Below, in pieces: positions 1 to 11,217 of a stretch of DNA of 64,000 nt (the first letter of the stretch is position 1; every line of letters starts with the position of its first letter). The notes beneath the pieces were generated by a model that was given only the letters and a program-made list of their open reading frames with translations, made no database searches and was not told the DNA's origin. The stretch is from the NCBI GenBank assembly GCA_963716745.1, contig OY970320.1, forward strand, positions 1,216,001 to 1,280,000, in the 5' to 3' direction. Source of the DNA: an uncultured Gemmatimonadaceae bacterium. Lineage in GTDB: Bacteria; Gemmatimonadota; Gemmatimonadetes; Gemmatimonadales; Gemmatimonadaceae. Both the position numbers and the translations under genes were made by a program.

Positions 1-200
1 AATCGACCGTCCGGACGGTTGGGAAGACCGGGGTCGAGATGGAAGCGATTACAGCCGTGGCCGTGGCGCTGATCACCGTTTATGACATGGCCAAGGCGAT
101 CGATAAAGACATGAGCATCAACGACATCTGCTTACTCGAAAAGGCTGGGGGCAGGAGCGGACACTGGCAACGAAAAGGCCGAAAGACCAAACCGTTGTAG
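1..200 (+). CDS. moaC: Cyclic pyranopterin monophosphate synthase MoaC, 3' part (truncated by window start)
   Basis: Frame 3 reads ...[47 protein letters not shown]...*, carrying the MoaC TGVEMEA, YDMxKA and KxGG motifs. Confidence 0.93.
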   Translation, partial: STVRTVGKTGVEMEAITAVAVALITVYDMAKAIDKDMSINDICLLEKAGGRSGHWQRKGRKTKPL

Positions 201-273
201 CATCGCCCGCGAGGGCTGCGGGGCGATTCGTCGCCCCGTTCGTGTGTCTGGGACTCCCCGGCACGGAGGAGCC

Positions 274-966
274 ATGAAAGTTTCCAAGGTGACGTACTCG
301 CACCGAGGCGACCGGATCCGCCGAAATGCGCGGATCAGGAAGGGGTTGCTGGTGGGCGGGCTGATCGCGGCCATCGCGCTCATTCCGGCCGAGCAGCCCC
401 GGGAGGCGCAGGCCTCCGCCTCTGCTCGTTTCCCGTTCGGAATGACCGCCCAGACGAGCCGGTTGACGCGGGATCTCGCCGCGGCTCGCAACGATCTCGA
501 TATCGCGCGCGCTCAGCTGGCGCGGGCCAACGCGATCCTGGACTTCTCGTCGCGCTACAAGGTCGGCGCCGACGTTGCGGCGCCGATCTATGACGTCGCG
601 CTCGAGGAGGATATCGATCCCGAGTTGGCGTTCCGGTTGGTGAAGGTGGAGAGCCAGTTCAGCGAACACGCCGTGAGTTCGGCGGGCGCCGTGGGCCTCA
701 CGCAGATCATGCCGGCGACAGCGAAGTACTACGAGCGTGATACGACCCGCGAGAGCCTGACCGAGGTGCACACGAATCTGCGCGTGGGGCTGCGGTATCT
801 GCGCACGTTGATCACGCAGTATCGCGGTGACGTGCAGACGGCGCTGCTGGTATACAACCGCGGCTCGCAGACAGTGGAATCGATGCGGATGCTGGGGTTG
901 GATCCGAGGAATGGATACGAGCTGTCGGTGCTGAGAGGCTACAAGGGGCGCGGCACGGTCGATTGA
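274..966 (+). CDS. Lytic transglycosylase (SLT domain) with N-terminal membrane anchor
   Basis: VKVESQF (catalytic Glu), AVGLTQIMPATA and YNRG motifs; GGAGG RBS before ATG 274. Confidence 0.88.
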   Translation: MKVSKVTYSHRGDRIRRNARIRKGLLVGGLIAAIALIPAEQPREAQASASARFPFGMTAQTSRLTRDLAAARNDLDIARAQLARANAILDFSSRYKVGADVAAPIYDVALEEDIDPELAFRLVKVESQFSEHAVSSAGAVGLTQIMPATAKYYERDTTRESLTEVHTNLRVGLRYLRTLITQYRGDVQTALLVYNRGSQTVESMRMLGLDPRNGYELSVLRGYKGRGTVD

Positions 967-1101
967 CCGCTGACGGCGGGGTTGGTACCGCTGAGGGCGT
1001 TTGTAGCGATAGCCGTAGGGCCTGCGGACTCCATGGAGTTCGCAGGCCCTACGGCTATCGCCACACACAATGTTCGCGGTACCAACCCCGCCGTCAGCGG
1101 T
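966..1101. repeat. 136-bp nested palindrome (REP/REPIN-like) between convergent genes
   Basis: Perfect 26-bp outer arms at 966-991 and 1076-1101; perfect 21-bp inner arms at 1006-1026 and 1041-1061. Confidence 0.85.
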
Positions 1102-1102
1102 A

Positions 1103-2608
1103 CTAGTGCCGCTTCTTCGCCCTCTTGATGAGCAGCACCTGGCCCGGGTAGATCGTGTTCTTCTTGATCCCGTTGAGCTTCCTGAGATTCGCCGCGGTCG
1201 TCCCGTAGCGATTCGCGATCGACGTAAGCGTCTCGCCTTTCTTCACGACGTGCGTGACGCCATGGCGGCTCGATGAGCCGTACTTCTCGATCGCGGGGTC
1301 CGGCACGTCTCGCGCCGCGAGCAGCGCGGTGGCCGTCGGGATGAGCACGACCTTCCCTGCGGCCACTACGCCATTCCGCGACTTCTTGTATTGCGGGTTG
1401 AACCATATGAACTGTCGCGATGATATGCCGAACTTGTGGCTTACTGTCGCTATTGTGCTGCTATTTTTGACCGTGTAGCGCTGAATTCCAGTAAGATCCT
1501 TGGGAGGCGTGAGCGCGAACACGGAGTCGAACCGTCCCACACTTCCCACCGGGATCCGCACCCACCAATCGCCCGCCGGCGGAGTCATTCCTCGAAGCAC
1601 CTGGTTGTTCAACTCCATGATCCTCGGCAATGGCGCGCCCGACGCCCGCGCCACCACGGCCAGCGGCACCGCCGGCCCCAGCCGCACGGAATCGTACGCC
1701 AGCGCAGAGTCCAGCGTCACACTGATCCCGAACTTCGCCGGCTCCTTCGCCACGAGCGCCGCCGCGATCAACTTCGGCACATAGTCGCGCGTTTCGGCGC
1801 GCAGATAGTCCGTCTCCGCGAGCGCGAAGAAGCGGTCGTCGCCTGTTCGGCCTTCGAGTGAATCGGCGTAGCGCGTGAGCCCGCGCGCGACGCGGCCCGG
1901 CCCGCCGTTGTACGCGGCCGCCGCGAGATAGAGCGAGCCGAACTGCCCGTTCAGCCAGCCGAGGAATTTGATCGCGCCGTCCGTGGATCGCACCGGATCG
2001 CGGCGCTCATCGATCCACCAGTCGACGCGGAGTCCCGTGCCCTGCGCCGTACCGGTCATCAGTTGCCAGATCCCGATCGCTGCGGCGCTCGAGTACGCGT
2101 TCGGATCGTAGCCGCTCTCGATGAGCGCGAGATACGTGAGATCCTCGGGCAGTCCGGCGGCTCTCAGCTTGCCGCGGATCATCGGCTCGTATCGTCCGCC
2201 GCGCTGCAGCCATGCGGTGAACCGTGGACGGGCCGCGCCCTGAAAACGCTCGACATAGAACGTGACGCGCTGTCTCGTCTCGAACGAGCGGACATCGATG
2301 TCCCACGTGGGGCCCGTCGCGGCTGTGGCGGCGGGTGCACTCGCGGAGTCCGGCGTCGAGTCCGCGACGGGCGTCGGCGCGGAGACCGAGTCGCCGAACA
2401 ACCGAACGGCCTCATGCGTGACTTCCGGCGGCGTGACTGGCACGGTATCGGGGCGGGCCGACGCGAGCGAGGCCGAACTGTCAGCGTTTGGGCGCGGGGC
2501 GTTGCCCGTCGCGGCCGGCGGCGCCGGTGCCGTCGCGGGAGGAGCGGAGTGGCACGCGGCGATCGCGATGAGCGCGGCCAACGCGCCGCGCGCGACGAAT
2601 GCCCTCAT
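1103..2608 (-). CDS. mltD: MltD-like lytic transglycosylase lipoprotein with LysM domains
   Basis: Lipobox IAAC; LALIESG, GIWQLM, AAYNGGPG and ETRDYVPK motifs; C-terminal LysM HVVKKGETLTSIANRYG. Confidence 0.88.
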   Translation of the reverse strand: MRAFVARGALAALIAIAACHSAPPATAPAPPAATGNAPRPNADSSASLASARPDTVPVTPPEVTHEAVRLFGDSVSAPTPVADSTPDSASAPAATAATGPTWDIDVRSFETRQRVTFYVERFQGAARPRFTAWLQRGGRYEPMIRGKLRAAGLPEDLTYLALIESGYDPNAYSSAAAIGIWQLMTGTAQGTGLRVDWWIDERRDPVRSTDGAIKFLGWLNGQFGSLYLAAAAYNGGPGRVARGLTRYADSLEGRTGDDRFFALAETDYLRAETRDYVPKLIAAALVAKEPAKFGISVTLDSALAYDSVRLGPAVPLAVVARASGAPLPRIMELNNQVLRGMTPPAGDWWVRIPVGSVGRFDSVFALTPPKDLTGIQRYTVKNSSTIATVSHKFGISSRQFIWFNPQYKKSRNGVVAAGKVVLIPTATALLAARDVPDPAIEKYGSSSRHGVTHVVKKGETLTSIANRYGTTAANLRKLNGIKKNTIYPGQVLLIKRAKKRH

Positions 2609-2621
2609 CGACTACGCGCGG

Positions 2622-3080
2622 TCAGCGCGTCGCGATGAAATTGCCGAGGACGCGATTCGTCGCGTTCAGCACTGCGATCACGGCGCCACGCACCGGATCG
2701 GTCTCCACCAGACACGAGCCCAGCAATTTCACGGGGCCGCTGCCGTGATTCGTGACCGATACGATGATCACGTTGGCGTCGAATACGCGGATCGCTTTCA
2801 CTCCCACGAGTTCGAAGCGGAGCGCGCCGTCCGAGAAGCGCTCGAGCGCGCGGAGCCCTGCTTCCGCGGCGACGCGCAGGTCCACCGTCTGGCTCGATTG
2901 CCCCGCGGCATCGCCGCGGATGCGCACGCCCTCCATCCACTCGAGCTCCACTTCGGCGCTGCATCGCCCATCGGCCGCGCGCTGGAAGCGGAAATCGGTG
3001 AATCGCAGCCGCTCGCGCCGCGACGGATCGGGCGTGGAAGGGATGGCGAACGCGGTGGCGCGGGGCGTGAGCGAGGGCAT
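2622..3080 (-). CDS. Hypothetical protein (152 aa)
   Basis: Protein-like ORF upstream of and co-oriented with mltD; C-terminal DPVRGAVIAVLNATNR helix. Confidence 0.65.
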   Translation of the reverse strand: MPSLTPRATAFAIPSTPDPSRRERLRFTDFRFQRAADGRCSAEVELEWMEGVRIRGDAAGQSSQTVDLRVAAEAGLRALERFSDGALRFELVGVKAIRVFDANVIIVSVTNHGSGPVKLLGSCLVETDPVRGAVIAVLNATNRVLGNFIATR

Positions 3081-3226
3081 GCGAGAGATCAGAGGTCGTT
3101 TTCGGCGCGTACGAGGCGTATTGGAGAAACGAGCCAGCGCTGATTCGGCAACCCGCGCGGTGTCGCGCCGCGCGCGTCGCTCGTATATTCGCGTCCCTGG
3201 CCCCGACCCCCGCGCAGGAATCGCCC

Positions 3227-3580
3227 ATGCCCGTGATCCTCAAGACGTCCGGCTTGCTCATCCTCTCGAATCTCTTCATGACGTTCGCGTGGTACGCGCA
3301 CCTGAAGAACCTGAGTGCGAAGCCCTGGTACGTCGCGGCGCTCGTGAGCTGGGGGATCGCGCTGTTCGAATATCTCCTCCAAGTTCCGGCGAACCGTATC
3401 GGCTACGGCTCACTGTCGCTGGGACAGCTCAAGATGCTCCAGGAAGTGATCTCGGTGGGCGTCTTCGTGCCGTTCGCGCTCTACTATATGAAGCAGCCGC
3501 TCAAGCTCGATTTCCTCTGGGCGGCGCTCTGTCTGTTGGGCGCCGTCTACTTCGTCTTCCGGGGGGCCGTTCCCGCATGA
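3227..3580 (+). CDS. Small DMT-family membrane protein
   Basis: Four hydrophobic segments; SNLFMTFAWYAHLK, SWGIALFEY and QLKMLQEVI motifs. Confidence 0.85.
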   Translation: MPVILKTSGLLILSNLFMTFAWYAHLKNLSAKPWYVAALVSWGIALFEYLLQVPANRIGYGSLSLGQLKMLQEVISVGVFVPFALYYMKQPLKLDFLWAALCLLGAVYFVFRGAVPA

Positions 3581-4462
3581 TGCAGATCATCGTCGCGCTG
3601 ATCGTCGCGCTGCACGCCGACAGCGCGCTCGATGCGCAGGTGCGCGCGCGCATCGCCGCCGACTCCACTACGCGCACCGCGGTCGCGTACTGGCCGCTGG
3701 CCGCCGGCGGAGATTCCCTGCTCATCCACGATAACTGGACGTACCACGCGGCGAGTACCATGAAAGTCCCCGTGATGATCCAGTTGTATCGCATGGTGGA
3801 TGCCGGCACGCTCTCGCTCGACACCAAGATCACGCTCAAGAATGAATTCAAATCGATCGTCGACGGATCGCCGTATGCGCTCGATCTCGCCGATGACTCC
3901 GACAGTTCGCTGTACGCGCGCGTCGGCCAGCAGGTGACGGTGAACGAGCTCATCTACCTCATGATCACGCGCTCGAGCAATCTCGCGACGAACGTGCTGA
4001 TCGACATCGCCGATCCATCGAAAGTGACCGCGACAATGCACGAACTCGGTGCGACACGCATCCGCGTGCTGCGCGGCGTGGAGGACGGCCCGGCATATCG
4101 CGCGGGACTGATCAACACGGTCACCGCGCACGATCTGGCGCTCGTGCTCGCCGCCATCGCACAGGACCGCGCCGCATCGCCGGCTAGTTGCAAGGCGATG
4201 ATCGCGATCCTGCTCAAGCAGGAATTCGTCGATGGCATTCCCGCGGGTCTGCCGGCCGGCACACCGGTCGCGCACAAGACGGGCTGGGTGGATGGTCTCG
4301 TGGATCACGATGCCGCCATCGTGTACCCGCCTTCGCGGCACGCCCTACGTGCTCGTCGTGCTGCACCAGGGGAGTGCGGGCGACTCGGTCACGCGACGCC
4401 TTACCGCCGATGTCTCCCGCCTCGTCTGGGCCCAAGCGACCTCGGCGAAAATCGGTCAATAG
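3577..4462 (+). CDS. Class A beta-lactamase-like serine hydrolase (frameshift near 4335)
   Basis: ASTMK (SxxK), SSN and HKTG motifs; the C-terminus PYVLVVL continues in the 4232..4462 frame. Confidence 0.8.
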
Positions 4463-4594
4463 GTCCGCCGTGATAGTAACGTCCCGTTGCGTGACGGTAC
4501 AAAACGTTGCCACGTTGTAAAGTATCGTTGCGATAGGGCGGAACGTTCCGTTGCACACTGTGAAAAGGAACGTTCAATCGCAACGAGTTACGCG

Positions 4595-4610
4595 AGGCAC
4601 GGCTGTTGCT
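4595..4610 (+). promoter_or_regulatory. Sigma54 (-24/-12) promoter
   Basis: AGGCACGGCTGTTGCT has GG-N10-GC spacing and closely matches TGGCACG-N4-TTGC; ~60 bp upstream of ATG 4668; a sigma54 activator lies in the same locus. Confidence 0.75.
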
Positions 4611-4667
4611 ATAGATGTGACGCGTCCGCCCTCGCGCAGTGCCCGTCCCCCGAGTGGAGAAGTCCCA

Positions 4668-5327
4668 ATGAACGTCCGCCTTCTTGCGACCGGTGCGTTG
4701 TTCGCCGGGATCGGTGCTTTGTACGCCTGCGGCGATACGACCGCCCCACTCGCTCCGCCGAGCGCACCGTCCGCCGCCAAGGTCTCGAAGGCCGCGCCGC
4801 CCGCGGCGAGTCCCACGCGTCCGAGTGCCTCTGCTGACGGCAATCACGGGCACAAAGTGCGTGTCCTCCGCTGGACGGACCATCTCAAGACGAACCTGTC
4901 GGCGCATGCGACGATCGGCCCGCAGGGCGGCACGATCTCGATCGAGAAGATCGGCGCCGTGTTCACGGTGCCCAAGGGCGCGCTCTCGGCGCGCACGACC
5001 ATCACCATGCGCGCCGATGCCGGCAAGAACGTGGTGTTCGAGATGTCGCCCAATGGTCTCAAGTTCGCGAAGGCCGCGACGCTCACGCTCGACCTGAGCT
5101 TCACGAACGCCTACCACAATGAGGGATGGGCGAAATTGTTGAGCGGCGGCTTCATCACCTCGCCGCTGCTCATTGGCGCGGACGATGGCGTGACGACGTA
5201 CGAGGACGAGCCCGCGACGGTGGATGACGCGGTCACGACGGCGTCGTTCCCGGTTCCGCATTTCTCGGTGGTGATCCTCGCGTCGCAATTCCAAAGCTGC
5301 TGCAGCTCGGTCGGCGGCCGGCACTAG
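4668..5327 (+). CDS. Lipoprotein with ZU5-like domain and C-terminal HFS motif
   Basis: GGAG RBS; lipobox LYAC; Pro/Ala linker; IGPQGGTI...VPKGAL...PNGLKF pattern resembles ZU5; HFS at 5259-5267. Confidence 0.7.
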   Translation: MNVRLLATGALFAGIGALYACGDTTAPLAPPSAPSAAKVSKAAPPAASPTRPSASADGNHGHKVRVLRWTDHLKTNLSAHATIGPQGGTISIEKIGAVFTVPKGALSARTTITMRADAGKNVVFEMSPNGLKFAKAATLTLDLSFTNAYHNEGWAKLLSGGFITSPLLIGADDGVTTYEDEPATVDDAVTTASFPVPHFSVVILASQFQSCCSSVGGRH

Positions 5328-5354
5328 TCGCCGCGCGACCGAGCCCGGGGTCCT

Positions 5355-6407
5355 GTGAACAGATCCGTCGCCACCACGCCGGCGGCGCGCACGCCGCCCA
5401 CCGCCGAGGTGCAGCGCATGGCGGACCGCGCGCAGCGCCTCGAGCGTGAAGGCAGCGCGCGCGAGGCGCTCTCCGCTTACGACCTCGCGGTGACGCTCCT
5501 CGACGCGCACCGCCCGTCGGCGCAGCTTGCGGACATCCTGCGCTGGAAGGGCACGCTGCTTCGCGAGCTTGGTAATCCGTCGGCCGCCGAACCGGTGTAC
5601 ACGCGCAGCCTCGCGATCTCGCGGTCGCTGCCATACGCTGGCGGCATTGCGAACGCGCTCAACTGCCTTGCGATCGTGGCACAGCGTCGCGGCGACGTGA
5701 AGCAGGCGCGGCGTCTCTATGCCGAGGCCGCGCTCAATGCCGTGCACGCGGGCGAGCGGCGGCTCTTCGGGATGATCGAGCAGAATCTTGGAGCACTCGC
5801 AATGGTGCAGGGCGCGGACAAGGACGCGCTCGCACGCTTCCGCCTCAGCCTGCGCGGCTTTCGAGACGCGGGCGACGAGGAAGGGGCATGCTGGGTGTTG
5901 TGCAACGTGGGCCGGCTGAACATGCTGGCCGGCGACCTCGAGGAAGCGGAGCGCGCGTCGCAAGAAGCGCTCGCGCTCGCCAAACGCCTGGGCGACCTGC
6001 CGCTCACCGAGGCGGTAGAGTTGAGTCGCGTGGAGATCCTGCTGGCGCGTGGCCTGGTGGCGGACGCCGAGCGCGTCTGTCGGCATGGCCTGGCTATGGC
6101 CGAGCATCGCGGCGACCGTGCGCATCACGCCGAATCGCTGCGGCTGTTGGCGCTCGTGGGCCGCGAGCGCGGCGAGCTGGAGAACGCGACCCGGTCACTG
6201 GACGAGGCTCGCACGATGGCGCGCGAGAGCGAGGACGCGCTGCTGGCGGCCGAAGTGGAGCGCGACGCCGGCGAACTGTGGCTGCGACGCGGTGAGCCCG
6301 CGGCCGCACGATTGGCATGGGAGCAGGCGCTCACACGCTTCCGCGCGCTCGGCGCAGCGAGGCAAGTCGTGGACGTCGAACGGCGCCTCTCGGCGCTCGC
6401 GGCATGA
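5355..6407 (+). CDS. Stand-alone tetratricopeptide repeat protein
   Basis: Helical TPR-like repeats (NALNCLAIVAQRRGD, MIEQNLGALA, VLCNVGRL) with no catalytic domain. Confidence 0.8.
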   Translation: MNRSVATTPAARTPPTAEVQRMADRAQRLEREGSAREALSAYDLAVTLLDAHRPSAQLADILRWKGTLLRELGNPSAAEPVYTRSLAISRSLPYAGGIANALNCLAIVAQRRGDVKQARRLYAEAALNAVHAGERRLFGMIEQNLGALAMVQGADKDALARFRLSLRGFRDAGDEEGACWVLCNVGRLNMLAGDLEEAERASQEALALAKRLGDLPLTEAVELSRVEILLARGLVADAERVCRHGLAMAEHRGDRAHHAESLRLLALVGRERGELENATRSLDEARTMARESEDALLAAEVERDAGELWLRRGEPAAARLAWEQALTRFRALGAARQVVDVERRLSALAA

Positions 6408-6416
6408 GCCGGATGC

Positions 6417-7537
<1,121 letters not shown>

Positions 7538-7541
<4 letters not shown>

Positions 7542-9187
7542 CGCCGCGCGAGCTGAAAGGGCTCGCGCCGGAGCTCGCCGCGCGCATCTCGGAGGCGCTC
7601 CGGCTCGAGCGCGCCGGCCAGCGCGCCACCGCGCGCGGGATGTACGAGCAAGCGCTCTATGAGCTGGACCAGCGCGCGCACGCCTCGACGGCCTCGGCGC
7701 TCCTGCGCTGGACGGGGCGCACGTACGCCGACGATGCGGACACGGAGTCAGCGTTCGACTGTTACGCCGCGGCGCTCGCGGTCGCGATGGCCAACAGCGA
7801 CCGGCCGGGTGTCGCGAGCGTCGTGAACCTCATGGCCATCGCGCATCAGCAGCGCGGCGATCTCGACGAAGCGGCGCGACTCTACGGCCGGGCCGTGAAG
7901 TACGCGACGCTCGCGGGCGAGACACAGCTCGTCGCGATGATCGAGCAGAATCTCGGCACGATCGCGGGGATCCGCGGCGACCAGCCGAAGGCGCTCACGC
8001 ACTACCGCGCGGCGCTCGCGGGATACCGGCGCCTCGGGCTCGATGGCCCAATGAGCGGTCTGCTGAACAACCTCGGCATGCTGTACTCGCAGATGCGCCG
8101 CTGGCGTTCGGCGGAGGAGATGTACCTGGAAGCGTACGACACCGCATTGCGCACCGGCGATGTCGGCACGCAGATCGCGGTGGCGGTGAACCGCGCGGAA
8201 CTCTGCATTGCTCGCCGCGACTACGTGACGGCCCGCGAATGGTGCGACACGGCGCTGCTGCTCGCGGAGCAGTCGGGCGACGAGCGGGCGCTGGGCGACG
8301 CGTACAAACACTACGGCGTGATCGCGCGCGAGACGGGCGACTTCGCGGGCGCGGAGGAATTCCTCGGCCATGCGTGGCAGATCGCGGAGCAGCGGCACGA
8401 ACTGGTGCTGGCCGCGCACACCGCGAAGGAGCGCGCGGAACTCTACCGCCGGCAGGACCGCAACCGCGACACCCTGCGCGAGCTGAACACGGCGCACCGC
8501 CTGTTCTCGCAGCTGCGGGCGCGGCGCGACCTCGTGGAGACGCGGCGCCGGCTGGGCGAGCTCGAAGCGAAGTTCCTCGAGATCGTCGCCGAGTGGGGCG
8601 CATCGATCGAGTCCAAGGACAACTACACGAGCGGCCATTGCGACCGCGTTGCCGACTACGCATGCTCGCTCGCGCGCATGGCGGGACTCGACCACGAGAC
8701 GCTCTTCTGGTTCCGCGCGGGCGCGCTGCTGCATGACGTGGGCAAACTGATCGTGCCGTCGAGCATTTTGAACAAGCCGGGCGCGCTCACGGCGGAAGAG
8801 CGCGCGCTGATGGAGCGCCACCCGGCGGCGGGCGAGAAGATGCTCGCGGGCATCGAGTTCCCCTGGGACGTGAAGCCGATGATCCGGCACCACCACGAGC
8901 GCTGGGACGGCACGGGCTATCCCGACAAGCTCGCCGGCGAAGCGATCCCGCTCTCGGCGCGCATCCTCTGCATCGCGGACGTGTGGGACGCGCTCGTGAC
9001 CGACCGGCCGTACCGCGTCGCGTTCTCGCGCGAGCGCGCACGGGAGATCATGCAGGCGGATGTGGGCACCGCCTTCGATCCCGCGCTCTTCAAGCTGTTC
9101 ATCGGGATTCTGGACCAGCGCAGCGCGACGCCCGCCGCGCCGCCGCGGCCGCTCTCGGTGCCGCAGCATGAGCGGGTGGCGGTTTGA
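7538..9187 (+). CDS. TPR + HD-GYP c-di-GMP phosphodiesterase
   Basis: ATG overlaps the upstream stop; N-terminal TPRs; [23 protein letters not shown] and IADVWDAL. Confidence 0.9.
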
Positions 9188-10141
9188 GCGGGGCGCCAAT
9201 ACGGGTTCTCGTGATCGCGGACAGCGAGCGTGACGTGCGGCGTCTCAATGGCGCCGTCGCCGGCCGCGCCGCCTCGCAATTCGACCTGGTGCACGTCGAC
9301 CCAGGTGAGCGACGCGCTGCACCGGATGAGCGACCGGAAGTTCGACGCCGTGCTGCTCGACCTCTCGCTGCACGATGGCCACGATCTCGACGCGCTCAAG
9401 CTGCTGCACGAGCAGGCGCCGGATCTGCCGATCATCGTGCTGAGCAGCGTGGACGACGAGGCGCTGGCCATGCGCGCGCTCAAGGTGGGCGCGCAAGATT
9501 CACTCGTGAAGGGCCAGGTGGATGGCCACCTGCTGGTGCGCGCGATCCGCTACGCGATCGAACGCCAGCAGCTGCACGCGGCGCTGCGGGAAATGTCGCT
9601 GGTGGATCCGCTCACGCTCCTGTACAACCGCCGCGGGCTGCTCGCACTCGCGCGGCAGCTGTTCAAGGTGGCCGACCGGATGCGGCGCCGGGTGTCGCAC
9701 ATCTTCGTGGACCTCGACGGGCTCAAGGTGATCAACGACACGCTGGGGCATAGCGTGGGCGACCAGGCACTGCTCGAGACCACCGAGCTGCTCAAGGAGA
9801 CCTTTCGCGACTCGGACATCATCGCGCGCATGGGCGGCGATGAGTTCGTGGTGCTCGCAATGGAGAACGCCGGCGCCGACGCCGAGTTGTGGACCGCGCG
9901 GCTGCAGGAGAACCTGCGCGCGCGGAACGCGCGGTCGGACCGCAGCTATCTGCTCTCATTGAGCATCGGCATCGTGTACTACGATCCCGATGCGCCGCGG
10001 GAGCTCGACGACCTGCTGGCGCGCGCCGACCGCCTCATGTACGAAGAGAAGCGCGCGAAGCGGCTCTCGCCGGTGCATGGTGTGATGCTGCCGACTCCGT
10101 CGCAGCCCTTCCCGGCGCAACTGTCATCGCGCATCGACTGA
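9184..10141 (+). CDS. Receiver + GGDEF diguanylate cyclase (frameshift near 9298)
   Basis: REC features (IRVLVI, FDAVLLDL, GAQDSLVK); DPLTLLYNRR, INDTLGH, RDSD I-site and GGDEF. Confidence 0.87.
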
Positions 10142-10159
10142 CGCACTACGAACGCTCGT

Positions 10160-10303
10160 AGGCCTTAGTACCCTGTACAGTGCAGTCATAGCAACTGAGC
10201 GGATGGTACGACATGGCGTGAGTGGGGGGTGCTCTCCCGACTCACGCCATGTCGTACCATACGCTCAGTTGCTATACGCGCTATTACAGCGGTACTAGGG
10301 CCT
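10160..10303. repeat. ~144-bp long hairpin between convergent genes
   Basis: Arms 10188-10223 and 10240-10275 are near-perfect; outer arms AGGCCTTAGTACC / GGTACTAGGGCCT. Confidence 0.85.
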
Positions 10304-10314
10304 GCACGCGCCCC

Positions 10315-11217
10315 TTACGCGCCTTCGACGATGATCAGGTACTTGGACGTCGACCAGAACTCGGCCGGCTGCGTGATGTGGAGCTCGCCGTTGAACTTGC
10401 CGGCCGAATCCTTGCCCGCTTCGATCAGCGTCGGATCCTGGCGCGACACGACCTTGTACGGCTTGTCGGTGATGTGCAGCATGACCGGCACATCATCCCA
10501 CTTGTTGACGGCGGTGAACTGCGTCTTGTCGAGCTTGCGCGCCGGCACGATCGCCTTGCTGCCGAAGAAGAGGAACTTGGAGCCTTCCTCCGCGATGATG
10601 CCCTTCTTCATGAGCTCATCCTTGGTGCCGACGACCACGAATACCGTGTTCTCCTGCTTGCGGAGCCCTAGCATCGTGTCGGTGACCGCGGTCTTCTCAG
10701 TCGTCACGGTCGCATTCGCGAGCGTGAGGCTGTCCACCTTGATGTTCAGCGAGGCCATCTGGGTCTTGTCCTGCTCAACGATCTGCTCGAGGCTCGCGAT
10801 GCTCGCCTCGTAGGTCGAGACCTTACCGGAGAGCGCGCCGTTCTTCTCGTTCAGCGACGCGACACGCGCACGGCTCTGCTTCAGCAGCGACGTCACCTCG
10901 GCGACCTTGCCCTGGATGCTCGCGCGATAGGCGGCCTGCGGGTCGTTCGGGTTCTCACCCTTCGTGTCCACCGGGACGTGGCTCTTGAGGCCCTTCACGC
11001 TCGACAGATCCTTGTCGATGTCGGCGAGGAGCTGCGTGGTCTGCTGGAAGCCCTGCAGCAGCGAGTCCTGCTGCGCCGCCACGGCCTTCGCCTGCGCCAG
11101 CTTCGTGTTCAGCACGGTGATCGAATCGGGCTTCGAGGCGCTGGTGCCGCCGCCGGAGCCGATCTTCTCGCAGGCCATGAGGCCCACGACCAACAGCACT
11201 GCGGATATGCGTCTCAT
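10315..11217 (-). CDS. Coiled-coil lipoprotein, hypothetical
   Basis: AGGAG RBS; MRRISAVLLVVGLMAC lipobox; heptad coiled coil; C-terminal VVVGTKDELMKKGII domain. Confidence 0.75.
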   Translation of the reverse strand: MRRISAVLLVVGLMACEKIGSGGGTSASKPDSITVLNTKLAQAKAVAAQQDSLLQGFQQTTQLLADIDKDLSSVKGLKSHVPVDTKGENPNDPQAAYRASIQGKVAEVTSLLKQSRARVASLNEKNGALSGKVSTYEASIASLEQIVEQDKTQMASLNIKVDSLTLANATVTTEKTAVTDTMLGLRKQENTVFVVVGTKDELMKKGIIAEEGSKFLFFGSKAIVPARKLDKTQFTAVNKWDDVPVMLHITDKPYKVVSRQDPTLIEAGKDSAGKFNGELHITQPAEFWSTSKYLIIVEGA

